From an uncultured delta proteobacterium (lineage in GTDB: Bacteria; Myxococcota; Kuafuiibacteriia; Kuafuiibacteriales; Kuafuiibacteriaceae): a stretch of 64,000 bases of DNA. Within the stretch, counting starts at the first letter, position 1. Each line of letters starts with the position of its first letter. The stretch spans positions 1 through 64,000 of the forward strand of contig CAWDML010000005.1 of NCBI GenBank assembly GCA_963803435.1. Reading direction: 5' to 3'. Shown one piece after another: positions 31,105 to 41,059 of the stretch. The translations under genes and the position numbers were made by a program. The notes under the pieces are model-generated. The model searched no databases. It was not told the DNA's origin and saw only the letters and a program-made list of their open reading frames with translations.

Positions 31105-32067
31105 TTAGCTCGACTTGAGGTCTTTGACATCGACGGAGACGCTGACGGGCCCGACCATGACCTTCGCCTTGCCCTTGTCGATCTCGGCGATATAGCCGGC
31201 GCGCCCCGCGAACAGCCCCGCCATCATTACCACACGATCGCCGGCCCGGAGGCCGGGGGCCGCCTTTTTCTGCGCCACCTTCTCCTGCTCCAGCACGGCC
31301 TCGACCTTGGTGTGGTCGTTGTCCGGCGACCAGGCGAGGAAGCTGAAGATCGGCAAGAACTGCGAGACGTACTCGGACGCGGTCCCGATCAGTCCCTCCG
31401 AACCCAGGATCTCCTCGTCGCGCGGCACGAGGACCTCGGCGAGGAACGGCTGCTGCGCGGCGCCGAAGGCCGGCAGCCAACTCCCGATCTGGACATCCGA
31501 CAGATCGATTGCCGTCACGGTGTCTCCTGCGAACCCGATCACCGCTTCACCCGGCAGCTCCTTGCAGAGGCCGATCAAGTCCTGCTTGGCGTAATCGGTC
31601 TTCAGCTTCTCGGACACGTTGTCGCGATCGACCTTGGCCTTGGTCGCGATCTCCACTCCGACGGCGAACCCGGCCTGATCGATCCGAAGCATCAAGCAGG
31701 CGTGCTGATGCTGCACGGAGATGTCGAACAAGCTGGCGCCGCTCATGAGGTCGGTCTTCGCCAGGTGAGGCTCCAGCGTCTTACGCTCGGCCGCCCCGCG
31801 CGTGAAGAAGACCCATTGCGCCTGAACCTTGCGACCGTTGGCGACGCTGGGCGCCTCCTCCGAAGCGCCGACCTCGAACCGCGTCAGCTCGTCCGAAAGC
31901 TCCTCTGCGATCGCGCGGACGAGCGCCAGCAGCTTGTCCTTCGCGGTCCGCCGCTGAAGCGTGTACGCGTTCGAGGACCACTTCTTCTTCTCGTAAGCGT
32001 CGAAGTCGGATGGCTCGAAACCCGAGAACGCGCCCCCACTTCCGATCGCTCCGAGGTTTCCGGCCAT
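31105..32067 (-). CDS. Hypothetical protein with C-terminal KOW motif
   Basis: C-terminal GDRVVMMAGLFAGRAGYIAEIDKGKAKVMVG (NusG-CTD/KOW-like); N-terminus FSGFEPSDFDAY. Confidence 0.7.
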   Translation of the reverse strand: MAGNLGAIGSGGAFSGFEPSDFDAYEKKKWSSNAYTLQRRTAKDKLLALVRAIAEELSDELTRFEVGASEEAPSVANGRKVQAQWVFFTRGAAERKTLEPHLAKTDLMSGASLFDISVQHQHACLMLRIDQAGFAVGVEIATKAKVDRDNVSEKLKTDYAKQDLIGLCKELPGEAVIGFAGDTVTAIDLSDVQIGSWLPAFGAAQQPFLAEVLVPRDEEILGSEGLIGTASEYVSQFLPIFSFLAWSPDNDHTKVEAVLEQEKVAQKKAAPGLRAGDRVVMMAGLFAGRAGYIAEIDKGKAKVMVGPVSVSVDVKDLKSS

Positions 32068-32098
32068 GACGGGCGGCGCACGCTAGCAGCGGCCGGTT

Positions 32099-33164
32099 TC
32101 AGGCGTCAACCGGAACACGGTAGAAGCGGGGTTGCGCGCGCAGCGCTTCCGGGGTGCGAGCGCCGACGCCGAAGAGCGCGGCCCGGATCTCCATGATGGT
32201 GGTCTCGAGGAAGGCCACGACGGCCTCGTCTCCCTCCACGGCCGCGCGCAGCACCGGCGACGCCATGCCCGCCAGGGTCGCGCCGAGCGCCAAGCTCTTC
32301 GCCACCTCGAGCCCCGACCGCACGCCCCCCGACGCGATCAGCGGCAGATCGAGGGTCGCCCGTCGGACCTCGACGATCGACTCCGGCGTGGTCAACCCCC
32401 AGGACGCGAACGTTCGGCCCATGGCGTGGTGCCGGTCCGAGGCCGCCACGCGGCCCTCCACCAGCGTCCAGCTGGTGCCGCCGCCGCCCGCGCAGTCGAT
32501 CCCGGAGACACCAGCATCGACGAGGCGACGCGCCTGCCCTTCGGGGATGCCGAACCCGACCTCACGCGCGAACACCGGCACGCCGTTGCTCCGGGCGAAG
32601 GCGTTGCACACCTCCTCGATCGCCGACAACACGCCCTTCCAGTTGGTGTCGCCGCCCTCCTGCACCACCTCCTGCATCGCGTTGAGGTGGAGGTAGAGCG
32701 CATCGGCCTCGATCATCTCCACCGCTCGCTGGGCGTGGGAGGCGTCGTAGCCCTTGACCAGCTGGATGGCGCCGAGGTTGGCGAAGAGCGGAATCGTCGG
32801 CGCGACGTCCCGCACCTTGAAGTCCTTCGCGCGCGACTCGACCTCAAGGGCGACCCGCTGCGAGCCGACACCGAACGGAATGCCGACGGCCTCCGCAGCG
32901 GCGGCCATGCGGCGGTTCGAGATCTCCGCCCTTCTGCAGCCCGCCGGTCATGGGTGACACCATCAGCGGCGCGGAGATCGGTTTACCGAGGAACGTCAGG
33001 GCCAGCTCCACCTCCGAGAGATCGATCTCGGGGAGCGTCGCCGGCGAGAACCGCAAGCGCTCGAAGGTCAGCGCACCTGGACGTGCGTCCGCTCGGACCT
33101 CGCTGCCGCCGTCGAGCGCGGCATCGATGTGCGCGAGCTTGTCCTCAATCCGGCGGAGCGACAT
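32099..33164 (-). CDS. fni: Type 2 isopentenyl-diphosphate delta-isomerase; frameshift ~32918
   Basis: PLMVSPMTGG, GVGSQR, ANLG, HLNAMQE, REVGFG, GGTSW, ASGGVRSG. Removing one G restores KGGDLNRRMA. Confidence 0.88.
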
Positions 33165-33195
33165 CGCGGCACGGTCGAGCCCGCAAGTGCCGAGG

Positions 33196-34290
33196 TCAAG
33201 TCAAAAAGAGGGCGCCGCCCTCGACGCGATAGATCCGCGCGGAGAGCGCCGCCGGTTCCTGCGTGCTCGTCAGGACCACCTGCCCCTCGAGCTGGCTGAC
33301 GGAGCGGAACAGTTGCTCCGAGCGCTCCGCGTCGAGCTCGGAGGACATGTCGTCGAGCAGGAGCACGGGCGGCTCACCGAGCCGATCCGCCAGGAACGTG
33401 AGCTCGGCGAGCTTCAGCGCCAGGACGATCGCGCGGTGCTGGCCCTGCGAGGCGCGCTCCTTGATCGCAGTGCCGTCGAGCGTGAACACCAAGTCGTCGA
33501 GGTGCGGCCCGATCGACGTGGTCCTTCGCCGGCGATCGCTCGGACGGCGGTCGAGGAGACGCTGTAGAAAGGCGTCCCGGGTCGCCTCCTCCGAGGTCGC
33601 GTCGAGCCCCTCGGCGAGGGAGGCGTCGTACACGATCCGGAGCGCCGGCGCCGGCTGCGCGATCCGCTCGAAGTGCCGCACGAGCCTGGGCGTGATCTCC
33701 TCGACGTACTGTGCGCGAGCCACGGCAATCGCGGCGCCTTCCTGCGCGATCACGCGATCGAAAGCGTCGACCATCTCGTCCGGCCCGTCGTCGATCAGAA
33801 CGCGGTTGCGGTCCTTCACCGCGCGCCCGTAACGCAAGGCACGTTGCAAATAGGACGGCCGGAGATCGAGGAGCGCGCGATCGAGGAACCGCCGGCGACC
33901 GTCCGGGCTCCCCTTGCCCAGCGAGAGATCGTCGGGCGTGAATGCCACCGCCACGAACGTCCCAATGAACGCCGTCGCCTCGCATGCCTTATCATCCTTC
34001 TCCAGCGTCCGGCTCCGACCTTCCAGCTCGAGCGCCAGCGTGTGGACGAGACCCGTGTCGGCGCGCTCGACGCGAACCTCGACGCGGGCGCGCTCGTCCC
34101 CGGCGCGGATCAGCGCACGACGGGGGACGTTGCGGAGCGGCCGTAGGGCGGCGATCGAGTACAGCGCCTCGAGGGCGTTCGTCTTGCCCTGCCCGTTCGG
34201 CCCGACCAGCGCGGTGAAGTGGGGAGCGAGCTCGAGCTCCGCCTCCGCGATGTTGCGAAAGCCTCGAAGGCGGGCGTGCTGGAGTCGCAT
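33196..34290 (-). CDS. recF: DNA replication/repair protein RecF
   Basis: GPNGQGKTN, GPHLDD, SQGQ, LLLDDMSSELD; directly after dnaN. Confidence 0.96.
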   Translation of the reverse strand: MRLQHARLRGFRNIAEAELELAPHFTALVGPNGQGKTNALEALYSIAALRPLRNVPRRALIRAGDERARVEVRVERADTGLVHTLALELEGRSRTLEKDDKACEATAFIGTFVAVAFTPDDLSLGKGSPDGRRRFLDRALLDLRPSYLQRALRYGRAVKDRNRVLIDDGPDEMVDAFDRVIAQEGAAIAVARAQYVEEITPRLVRHFERIAQPAPALRIVYDASLAEGLDATSEEATRDAFLQRLLDRRPSDRRRRTTSIGPHLDDLVFTLDGTAIKERASQGQHRAIVLALKLAELTFLADRLGEPPVLLLDDMSSELDAERSEQLFRSVSQLEGQVVLTSTQEPAALSARIYRVEGGALFLT

Positions 34291-35400
34291 TCAGATCCGC
34301 ATCGGCATGATGACGGCGCGATAGCCTTCGCTGCCGACGCCCCGGAGAACGCCGGGCGACAGCTCGTCGGTGAGCTCGAGCTCGACCTGGTCCTCGCCGA
34401 TGGTGGTGAGGACGTCCGAGATGTAGCGGAAGTTGAACCCGATCTTGAGCGGCTCGCCGCCGTAGTCGACCTCGATCTCCTCGCGCGCCTCGCCGAGGTC
34501 CGGGTTGTTGGCGGACAGCGAGAGCGTGCTCTCGGCCAGGTCGAAGCGGACGCCCTGCGCCTTGTCGGGAGACAAGAGCGAGGTTCGCTTGAGCGCGTCG
34601 GCGAGGGCCTGGCGCACCACCCGCACGCGGCGCGACGAGGCGGTCGGGATGACCTGCTGGTAGTCGGGGAAGCGGCCGTCGACGAGGCGCATCGTGAGCG
34701 TGATGCCCTCCTTCTCGAAGACCGCGCTGTTTTCGACGAAGCCCAGACGCCCGCCCTCGCCGCCTTCGTCGATCAGCTTGCGTAGCTCGACCAGACCCTT
34801 GCGCGGGATGATCACGCCCTCCTTCATGATGGGCGCCTCGGACGTGGGACGCTCGACGACCGCGAGGCGGTGGCCGTCGGTCGCAACCATTCGGATCCCA
34901 GGCGAGCCGCTCACGGGCTCGCAGAAAACGCCCGTGAGGTTGTAGCGCGTCTCATCGGTGGAGACGGCGTAGAGCGTCTTGTCGATCATCTCGCGGAACT
35001 TCTGCGGCTCGAGGGTGAAGAACGCGACGTCCTCGAAGGTCGGTAGCGACGGGAAGCTCTCCGGGGCCATGCCAACGACTCGGTACTTGACCTTGCCGCA
35101 CGCGATCTCGACCCATTGGTTCGCGGTCTGCTTGAGGGTCACGGTCTTCTCGGGAAGCGAGCGAACGATGTCGTAGAGCGCCTTGGCGCCGAGGGTCATC
35201 GCACCGGGCTTGTCGATCTGCGCGTCGTAGTCCGCGACGAGACCAATCTCGAGATCCGTCGCGGCGACGACGATCTTGTCCTTGCCCTTCGACTTGATGA
35301 GGGCATTGGCGAGAATCGGCATGGTGGTCTTCTTTTCCACGATGCCCTGGACGCGCTGGAGCGCCTTGACGAGCTCCGGGACGCGGATGGTTAGCTCCAT
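34291..35400 (-). CDS. dnaN: DNA polymerase III beta sliding clamp
   Basis: ATDLE, ATDGHRL, GRFPDY, IMPMRI. Confidence 0.97.
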   Translation of the reverse strand: MELTIRVPELVKALQRVQGIVEKKTTMPILANALIKSKGKDKIVVAATDLEIGLVADYDAQIDKPGAMTLGAKALYDIVRSLPEKTVTLKQTANQWVEIACGKVKYRVVGMAPESFPSLPTFEDVAFFTLEPQKFREMIDKTLYAVSTDETRYNLTGVFCEPVSGSPGIRMVATDGHRLAVVERPTSEAPIMKEGVIIPRKGLVELRKLIDEGGEGGRLGFVENSAVFEKEGITLTMRLVDGRFPDYQQVIPTASSRRVRVVRQALADALKRTSLLSPDKAQGVRFDLAESTLSLSANNPDLGEAREEIEVDYGGEPLKIGFNFRYISDVLTTIGEDQVELELTDELSPGVLRGVGSEGYRAVIMPMRI

Positions 35401-35679
35401 GGCTTCGGCCTCCGTGAAGAAGAGGATCTCTCTAAGATCCAGATCAGTATTCGTAATAGGTCCTGTGAATTGTGTGAGACGCGACCTAAGTCCTGAGGAC
35501 GCGGCAGAATCCGACGCCCATCTGCCCTGTGGGTGGGAGACCGGCGACCTGTGTCGGATTTTGAGAGCCCGAGATCCTGATCACGTTCACAGATCCACCC
35601 ACAACTTGTTGGGCTCAATTCCCAGGGATCCACAATATGCTGTGTGTTGTGCGCTGCCACGCGAGTCAAGTCTCTCTTT
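35401..35679. other. oriC: Chromosomal replication origin oriC (dnaA-dnaN intergenic)
   Basis: DnaA-box-like 9-mers (TGTGAATTG 35464-35472, GGATCCACA 35626-35634, inverted pair TGTGGGTGG/CCACCCACA). The - strand reads ATTCACA-GGACC-TATTACGAATACT, matching the box / GC spacer / DnaA-trio arrangement. Confidence 0.75.
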
Positions 35680-37086
35680 TCACTCGCCCTGCAGCATCCG
35701 CTCGACCTCGTCCAGGGCGCGGCGGACCTCAGGGTCATCCATACGCTCCTTGATCCGGTTGAACGCGTTCAAGGCGGTGGTGTGATCCTTCCCTCCTAGC
35801 GCGTTTCCGATCTCGGGATAAGACGCGCCCGTGTGCTTTCGGCAGAGGTACATCGCGAGCTGGCGGGGGAAGGCGATCGCCCGGCCGCGCTTGGTCGACT
35901 TGAGGTCGGCGACCTTCAGATCGAAGTAGGTGGCGACGTGCTTCACGATCACGTCGCAAGTGAGCTTGCTCTTCCCGGGCATGACGTCCTTGAGGACGCT
36001 GCGGGCGAGCTCGATCGTGATGGGTTGGTTCGTGAGGGAGGCGTAGGCGCTCACGCGGATCAGGCAGCCCTCGAGCTCGCGCACGTTCGATCGTACGGAC
36101 TGGGCGATGAACATCGCCACGTCGTTGTCGAGGTCGATCCCGTCGGTCTCGGCCTTCTTCTTGACGATCGCGACGCGGGTCTCGAGCTCCGGCGGCTGAA
36201 GGTCGACGATCAGGCCCCACTGAAATCGGGTCCGGACGCGCTCCTCGAGGTCCTTGATCTCGTGGGGCAGCTTGTCCGAGGTGACCACGACCTGCTTGCG
36301 GGCGTCGTAGAGGGCATTGAACGTGTGGAAGAACTCGGCCTGGCAGGCCTCCTTGCCGGAGATGAACTGGATGTCGTCGATGATGAGGACGTCGACCGCG
36401 CGATAGACGGATCGGATCTCGTCCATCCGCTCGAACCGGATCCCTTGGATCACGTCGTTCACGAACTGCTCGGTGGTCTGGTACACGATGCGTGAGGCGG
36501 GCTCCTTCTCCAGGATGAAGTGGCCGATCGCCTGGGCCAGGTGTGTCTTGCCCAGCCCCACCCGGCCGAAGACGAACAGCGGGTTGTAGGCGGTCCCAGG
36601 GTTCTCGGCGACGGTCTGGGCGGCGGCCGCCGCGAGCTGATTCGATGGGCCGGTGACGAACGTCGAGAAGGTGTAGCGCTCGTTCATGGGCGTCGCCGGG
36701 ACCGTGGTGCCGAGCGGAGGATGGGACGGGGCCGGGGCAGGCGTGCGCGAGGGGGTGGCGCGGGGTCCGGCGCTGTAGCTCGAAGGGGTCGGGGGCAGGC
36801 TGTCGTCCGCGGGGTCCGGGTGCGGAATGGCCTCTCCGGGCTCGTCGAGCTGCAGATCCAGCGCGATCGTTTCGTCCACCTTCCGAAGCTCCTCCTCGAG
36901 GACGTGGCGGTAGTGATTGTTCACCCAGTCGAGGCTGAACATGTTCGGCAGGCCGATGACCAGGCTCTTGCCGTCGTCCTGGAGACAGCTCATCTGCCGC
37001 ACCCAGGTGGCGTAGGCCTGTTCGCTCAGTCGATGCCGGAGCGCAATCTTGAGTTGTGTCCAGGAGCCAGACGCGTCGTGCTGCAA
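35680..37086 (-). CDS. dnaA: Chromosomal replication initiator DnaA
   Basis: YTFSTFVTGPSN, YNPLF, GLGKTHL, IDDIQF, NVRELEG, GGKDHTT. TTG start at 37086 with a GGGGAG RBS. Confidence 0.97.
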   Translation of the reverse strand: MQHDASGSWTQLKIALRHRLSEQAYATWVRQMSCLQDDGKSLVIGLPNMFSLDWVNNHYRHVLEEELRKVDETIALDLQLDEPGEAIPHPDPADDSLPPTPSSYSAGPRATPSRTPAPAPSHPPLGTTVPATPMNERYTFSTFVTGPSNQLAAAAAQTVAENPGTAYNPLFVFGRVGLGKTHLAQAIGHFILEKEPASRIVYQTTEQFVNDVIQGIRFERMDEIRSVYRAVDVLIIDDIQFISGKEACQAEFFHTFNALYDARKQVVVTSDKLPHEIKDLEERVRTRFQWGLIVDLQPPELETRVAIVKKKAETDGIDLDNDVAMFIAQSVRSNVRELEGCLIRVSAYASLTNQPITIELARSVLKDVMPGKSKLTCDVIVKHVATYFDLKVADLKSTKRGRAIAFPRQLAMYLCRKHTGASYPEIGNALGGKDHTTALNAFNRIKERMDDPEVRRALDEVERMLQGE

Positions 37087-37266
37087 GGTTCTCTCCCCGA
37101 CGAGGTATGAGGGACCGCGGACCGTAGCCGGGTTGGGCGGACCATGCAACCCGGAGGATCGGCGATCCGCGCGCGGGTCGTGAAAGCGTTCCTCCTCCCG
37201 GTTGTCCTTGACAGCGGTGCGCCGGGTATGGGGAGAAGGTCGTCCTTTGCTCGGAGGAGCGGATCG

Positions 37267-37416
37267 ATGAAGCGCACGTACCAACCCCACAACCTCCGGC
37301 GGCTGCGCAAGCACGGCTTTCGCGCGCGCATGGCCACCAAGAACGGACGGCGCGTCCTGGCCGCGCGACGCCTCAAGGGGCGGAAGCGACTGACCCCGTC
37401 GATCTACAAGAAGTAG
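37267..37416 (+). CDS. rpmH: 50S ribosomal protein L34
   Basis: MKRTYQP...[16 protein letters not shown]; GGAGG RBS. Confidence 0.97.
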   Translation: MKRTYQPHNLRRLRKHGFRARMATKNGRRVLAARRLKGRKRLTPSIYKK

Positions 37417-37427
37417 CTCGTGCGATC

Positions 37428-37835
37428 GTGGCCGAGCCGCGCCACGCGCCGATCCTCGAACGCGGCGGGAAGCTCGGGCGGTCGGCCCGGGTTCGACGCC
37501 AGTGGGAATTCCGGCGAATTCATCAGAAGGGCGTGCGTGTTCACACACTGCACTTCACCGTGATTGCCCATCCGACGCTGGCCGAGAATGGTGCGCGGAT
37601 CGGGACGGCGATCAGCCGCAAGGTTGGTCGCGCGGTGATACGGAATCGAGTTCGACGGCTGATCAAGGAAGTGTTTCGTAGACTGCGAGAGGAGCTTCCG
37701 GCGGCGGACCTGGTGGTGATCGCCAAGCCGAAAGCGAAGGATGTGGGAGAGCTCGGTTTTGCCGGTATGGCCGAGGAGTTGGCCCCTGCGCTGACGGCCG
37801 CGGCGAAGCGGGCCGTCCCCGAGGGATCGCGATGA
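37428..37835 (+). CDS. rnpA: Ribonuclease P protein component
   Basis: [15 protein letters not shown] (RNR motif); synteny. Confidence 0.93.
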   Translation: MAEPRHAPILERGGKLGRSARVRRQWEFRRIHQKGVRVHTLHFTVIAHPTLAENGARIGTAISRKVGRAVIRNRVRRLIKEVFRRLREELPAADLVVIAKPKAKDVGELGFAGMAEELAPALTAAAKRAVPEGSR

Positions 37836-38062
37836 CGCCCTCTATCCTGGCTCGAGGGCTGATGCTCCTGGTGCGTGTGTATCAAGTGACGCTCTCCCCG
37901 ATCTTGATGCTTCTCGGAGCCCGCTGCCGTTTCCATCCCACCTGCAGTGCGTACGCACTCGAAGTGATCCGAAAGGACGGAGCGCTCAAAGGCTCGATAC
38001 GAGCGGCCGGCCGACTTTTGCGTTGCCACCCCCTGCATCCCGGTGGCTTCGATCCGCCCTGA
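37832..38062 (+). CDS. yidD: Membrane protein insertion efficiency factor
   Basis: [14 protein letters not shown]...GGFDP. Confidence 0.95.
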   Translation: MTPSILARGLMLLVRVYQVTLSPILMLLGARCRFHPTCSAYALEVIRKDGALKGSIRAAGRLLRCHPLHPGGFDPP

Positions 38063-38074
38063 GCCGAGAGTGAG

Positions 38075-39808
38075 ATGGAAGAAGAATCCCAAAACAAGCG
38101 ACTGATCTTGGCGGCCGGCCTGTGCCTCTTGGTGATGCTGATCTGGCCGTACGTCTTCCCGCCGCCCAAGAAGCCGTACGCCCATCCGAAGGATGGTGGC
38201 GCGGTCGCCACCGCGACCACCACTGAGACCGGTGAGCCGGTCGCGACCAGCACCAAGGCGACCCGGCCGCCGATCAAGACGATCGCCCAGCGCGACGTGC
38301 CGCTGTCGAGCTACCACTTCACCGGCTCCGTCGATTACGACGGTCAACCCCATCCCTACGAGGTCACGCTCACCAACGCCGGCGCGGGTGTCGAACAGTG
38401 GGCCCTTCCGAGCTACAAGGAGCGCGACAAGGACAACCGCCCCACCGACCAACCGATCCAGCTCGCCGATCCCGTCACCGCCCTCCCCCCCGACCAGGCG
38501 GCCTTCCTCCAGATGGCCGGCATTCGCTTCCTCGACGGCACCACGTTCGAGACGCCCGACCTGATGATGTTCGAGGTCGTCGCTCAGACGGACAAGAGCA
38601 TCACCTATCGCTACGTCACCCCGGACGGGGTGGAGATCGAACGCTACTACGAGTTCAAGCCCGACAACTTCGTGGTGGAGATGGCGGTGACGGTCAGGAA
38701 CAACTCGTCGAAGCCGCAGACGCATCGGCTCGAGATCGGTGCGGCCCTCATGGCGAGCGACGCCATGAAGCGGGGGCACGGCTTCTTCTCCATGTTCATC
38801 CCGCCGCCGGACCACCTGGAGCGGCTCTGCTACCACGACGGCAGCGTCGAGCGGCACCGCGGGCTCAAGGAGGAGACCGAGACGCACAAGGACGGCGTCC
38901 AGTGGATCGCGGTCGACCGGCAGTACTTCACGGCCGCGGTGGTGGCGCGGGATCGAGAGGTCGCCGAGTGCCGGCTCGAGGTGAAGGGCGACGTGGCTCG
39001 GGCCTCGCTCGTCACCCCGAGCGAGACCCTCCAACCCGGCGGCGAGAAGCGCCACAAGTTCACGGCCTACATCGGGGTGAAGAAGCCGGCGCTCCTGACG
39101 CAGATCGGGTCGAACCTCGAGAGCGCCATCGACTACAAGATCCTGGGCCTGAACCTGGCGCCCGTCTGCACCGCGCTCCTCTGGATCCTGTCCCTGTTCC
39201 ACCGCTGGACCGCGTCCTGGGGCCTCGCGATCCTGGGCCTGACCGTGATGGTGAAGCTGATCCTGTTCCCGCTGAATCAGCGGCAGGGTCGATCCATGCG
39301 CGCCGTCTCGGCCCTGAAGCCGCAGATGGACGGGATCCGCGAGAGGTTCAAGGACGACAAGCAGCGTCAGAGCGAGGAGATGATGCGGCTGTACCGGGAG
39401 CACAACGTCAACCCGGCCGGCGGCTGTCTCCCGATGCTCATCCAGATGCCGATCTGGTTTGCGCTCTATCGGTCGCTGTGGGTGTCCGTCGACCTCTACC
39501 AGCAGGGCTTCCTATGGATCGACGACCTCACCACCCGGGACCCGTTCTGGATCCTCCCGGTTGCGCTGGTGATCGTCATGTTCCTCCAGCAGCGCATGAC
39601 GCCGACGACCATGGATCCGGCCCAGCAGAAGATGATGCAGTACACCATGCCGCTGCTCTTCGGGGCGATGATGACCGCCCTGCCCGCCGGGCTCTGCTTC
39701 TACATCTTGGTCAACACGCTGTTGACCATCGTCCAGCAGCACTTTATCAACAGATCGATTGGACCCCTGGGGGTCCCACCCGCAGCCGCGCCGGGGGCGA
39801 AAGCTTAA
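38075..39808 (+). CDS. yidC: Membrane protein insertase YidC
   Basis: WGLAI, NPAGGCLPMLIQMPI, LWIDDL..DP, PAGL. Confidence 0.96.
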   Translation: MEEESQNKRLILAAGLCLLVMLIWPYVFPPPKKPYAHPKDGGAVATATTTETGEPVATSTKATRPPIKTIAQRDVPLSSYHFTGSVDYDGQPHPYEVTLTNAGAGVEQWALPSYKERDKDNRPTDQPIQLADPVTALPPDQAAFLQMAGIRFLDGTTFETPDLMMFEVVAQTDKSITYRYVTPDGVEIERYYEFKPDNFVVEMAVTVRNNSSKPQTHRLEIGAALMASDAMKRGHGFFSMFIPPPDHLERLCYHDGSVERHRGLKEETETHKDGVQWIAVDRQYFTAAVVARDREVAECRLEVKGDVARASLVTPSETLQPGGEKRHKFTAYIGVKKPALLTQIGSNLESAIDYKILGLNLAPVCTALLWILSLFHRWTASWGLAILGLTVMVKLILFPLNQRQGRSMRAVSALKPQMDGIRERFKDDKQRQSEEMMRLYREHNVNPAGGCLPMLIQMPIWFALYRSLWVSVDLYQQGFLWIDDLTTRDPFWILPVALVIVMFLQQRMTPTTMDPAQQKMMQYTMPLLFGAMMTALPAGLCFYILVNTLLTIVQQHFINRSIGPLGVPPAAAPGAKA

Positions 39809-39884
39809 GGCTCCACCGGTTTCGGGCAAAACCATCGAGAGGTCCCCACCAACGGTTGGGTGCGTGCTCGAGAGAGCGAGGGGC

Positions 39885-40841
39885 GTGTTGTCGAACACCA
39901 TCGAATTTGAAGGGCGAACGGAACAGGAAGCCGTGGCGAAGGCGTGCTCGGCGCTGAAGCTTCCCGAGGCGGACCTGGACTACACGATGCTCGACGAGGG
40001 CTCTGCGGGCGTCTTTGGTCTGGGGGCGCGACCGGTGCGGATCCGGGTGCGTGCACCGGCGGGGAGCGAGCGCATGGCGCCGTCCTCAGGCGACGGCGAG
40101 GACGACGATGAGCGCGGCGGGATCGTCGGGCCAGCCCCCGAGAAGGCCGCGAAGGCGCTCGAGGTGGCGAAGGGTCTGGCCAATCGCATGGGTCTTCACG
40201 CGACCATCACGGTGCGCGACGACAACGAGCAGATCGTCGTCGTCATCGAGGAGGCCGAGGGCGGAACGGACGTCGCGGAGACGCTGGGCAAGAGCCGTCC
40301 CCCCGCCATCCCGTCGTTCCAGTTCCTCCTCAACAAGATCGTGAATCGGTTTCCGCACGACCGAAAGCACATCATCGTCGAGGTGCCCTCGGTGCCGCGG
40401 AAGGAGCGGCGCGAACCTCGCCGGCAGGAGGCGCGCGAGACCCCGCGGGCCGAGCGTCCTCCGGTGGAGCTCGATCCGAACCTCGATCCGGCGCTGGTCG
40501 CCCTGGGCCGCTTCCTCGCGGAGCGGGCGCAGGAGGTCGGCAAGGTGATCACGGTGCATCCGATGCTCCCGTCGGATCGTCGCGCCGTACACCAGACGAT
40601 CATGTCGATCGGCGGCGTCCACACGATCTCCGAGGGCGAGGGGCTCTACCGCCGGATGCACGTGATTCCCGACGCGCTCAAGGATGCGGCGGGCGGAAAT
40701 GGAAAGCGGCGTCGCCGTCGGCGCCGGCGGGGTCGCGGGCGTGGCCGAGACGAGGGCGGTTCCGCCGAGAGCGGACCGTCCGAAGCGACCGAAGCCACCG
40801 AGCTGCAGGACTCGGCCGACAGCGAGTCGGTCGAGGCCTGA
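39885..40841 (+). CDS. jag: Jag/EloR (KhpB) RNA-binding protein
   Basis: Jag_N (FEGRTEQEAV, GVFGLG), degenerate KH, R3H (PM..DRRAVH...SEGEG); synteny after yidC. Confidence 0.85.
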   Translation: MLSNTIEFEGRTEQEAVAKACSALKLPEADLDYTMLDEGSAGVFGLGARPVRIRVRAPAGSERMAPSSGDGEDDDERGGIVGPAPEKAAKALEVAKGLANRMGLHATITVRDDNEQIVVVIEEAEGGTDVAETLGKSRPPAIPSFQFLLNKIVNRFPHDRKHIIVEVPSVPRKERREPRRQEARETPRAERPPVELDPNLDPALVALGRFLAERAQEVGKVITVHPMLPSDRRAVHQTIMSIGGVHTISEGEGLYRRMHVIPDALKDAAGGNGKRRRRRRRRGRGRGRDEGGSAESGPSEATEATELQDSADSESVEA

Positions 40842-40842
40842 G

Positions 40843-41049
40843 TTGCCCAAGCGGACCAAGGAACAACGACTGTTCGGCGCCGCGTGCCTCAAGCTGAAGC
40901 TCGAGGCCCGCGGCGGCGGTCCGAGTGAGATCTACGAGAGCACGCTGCAGGATCTGGACGTTACCGACGAAGAGGTCGACGTGTATCTCGCCGAGCACCG
41001 AGACATGGTACAAGCTGCACTCGACGCCCACGGCCAGCCTCGAAACTGA
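40843..41049 (+). CDS. Small hypothetical protein
   Basis: TTG start right after the jag stop; helical 68-aa product (RTKEQRLFGAACLK...). Confidence 0.55.
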   Translation: MPKRTKEQRLFGAACLKLKLEARGGGPSEIYESTLQDLDVTDEEVDVYLAEHRDMVQAALDAHGQPRN

Positions 41050-41059
41050 GTCTCTCGCA

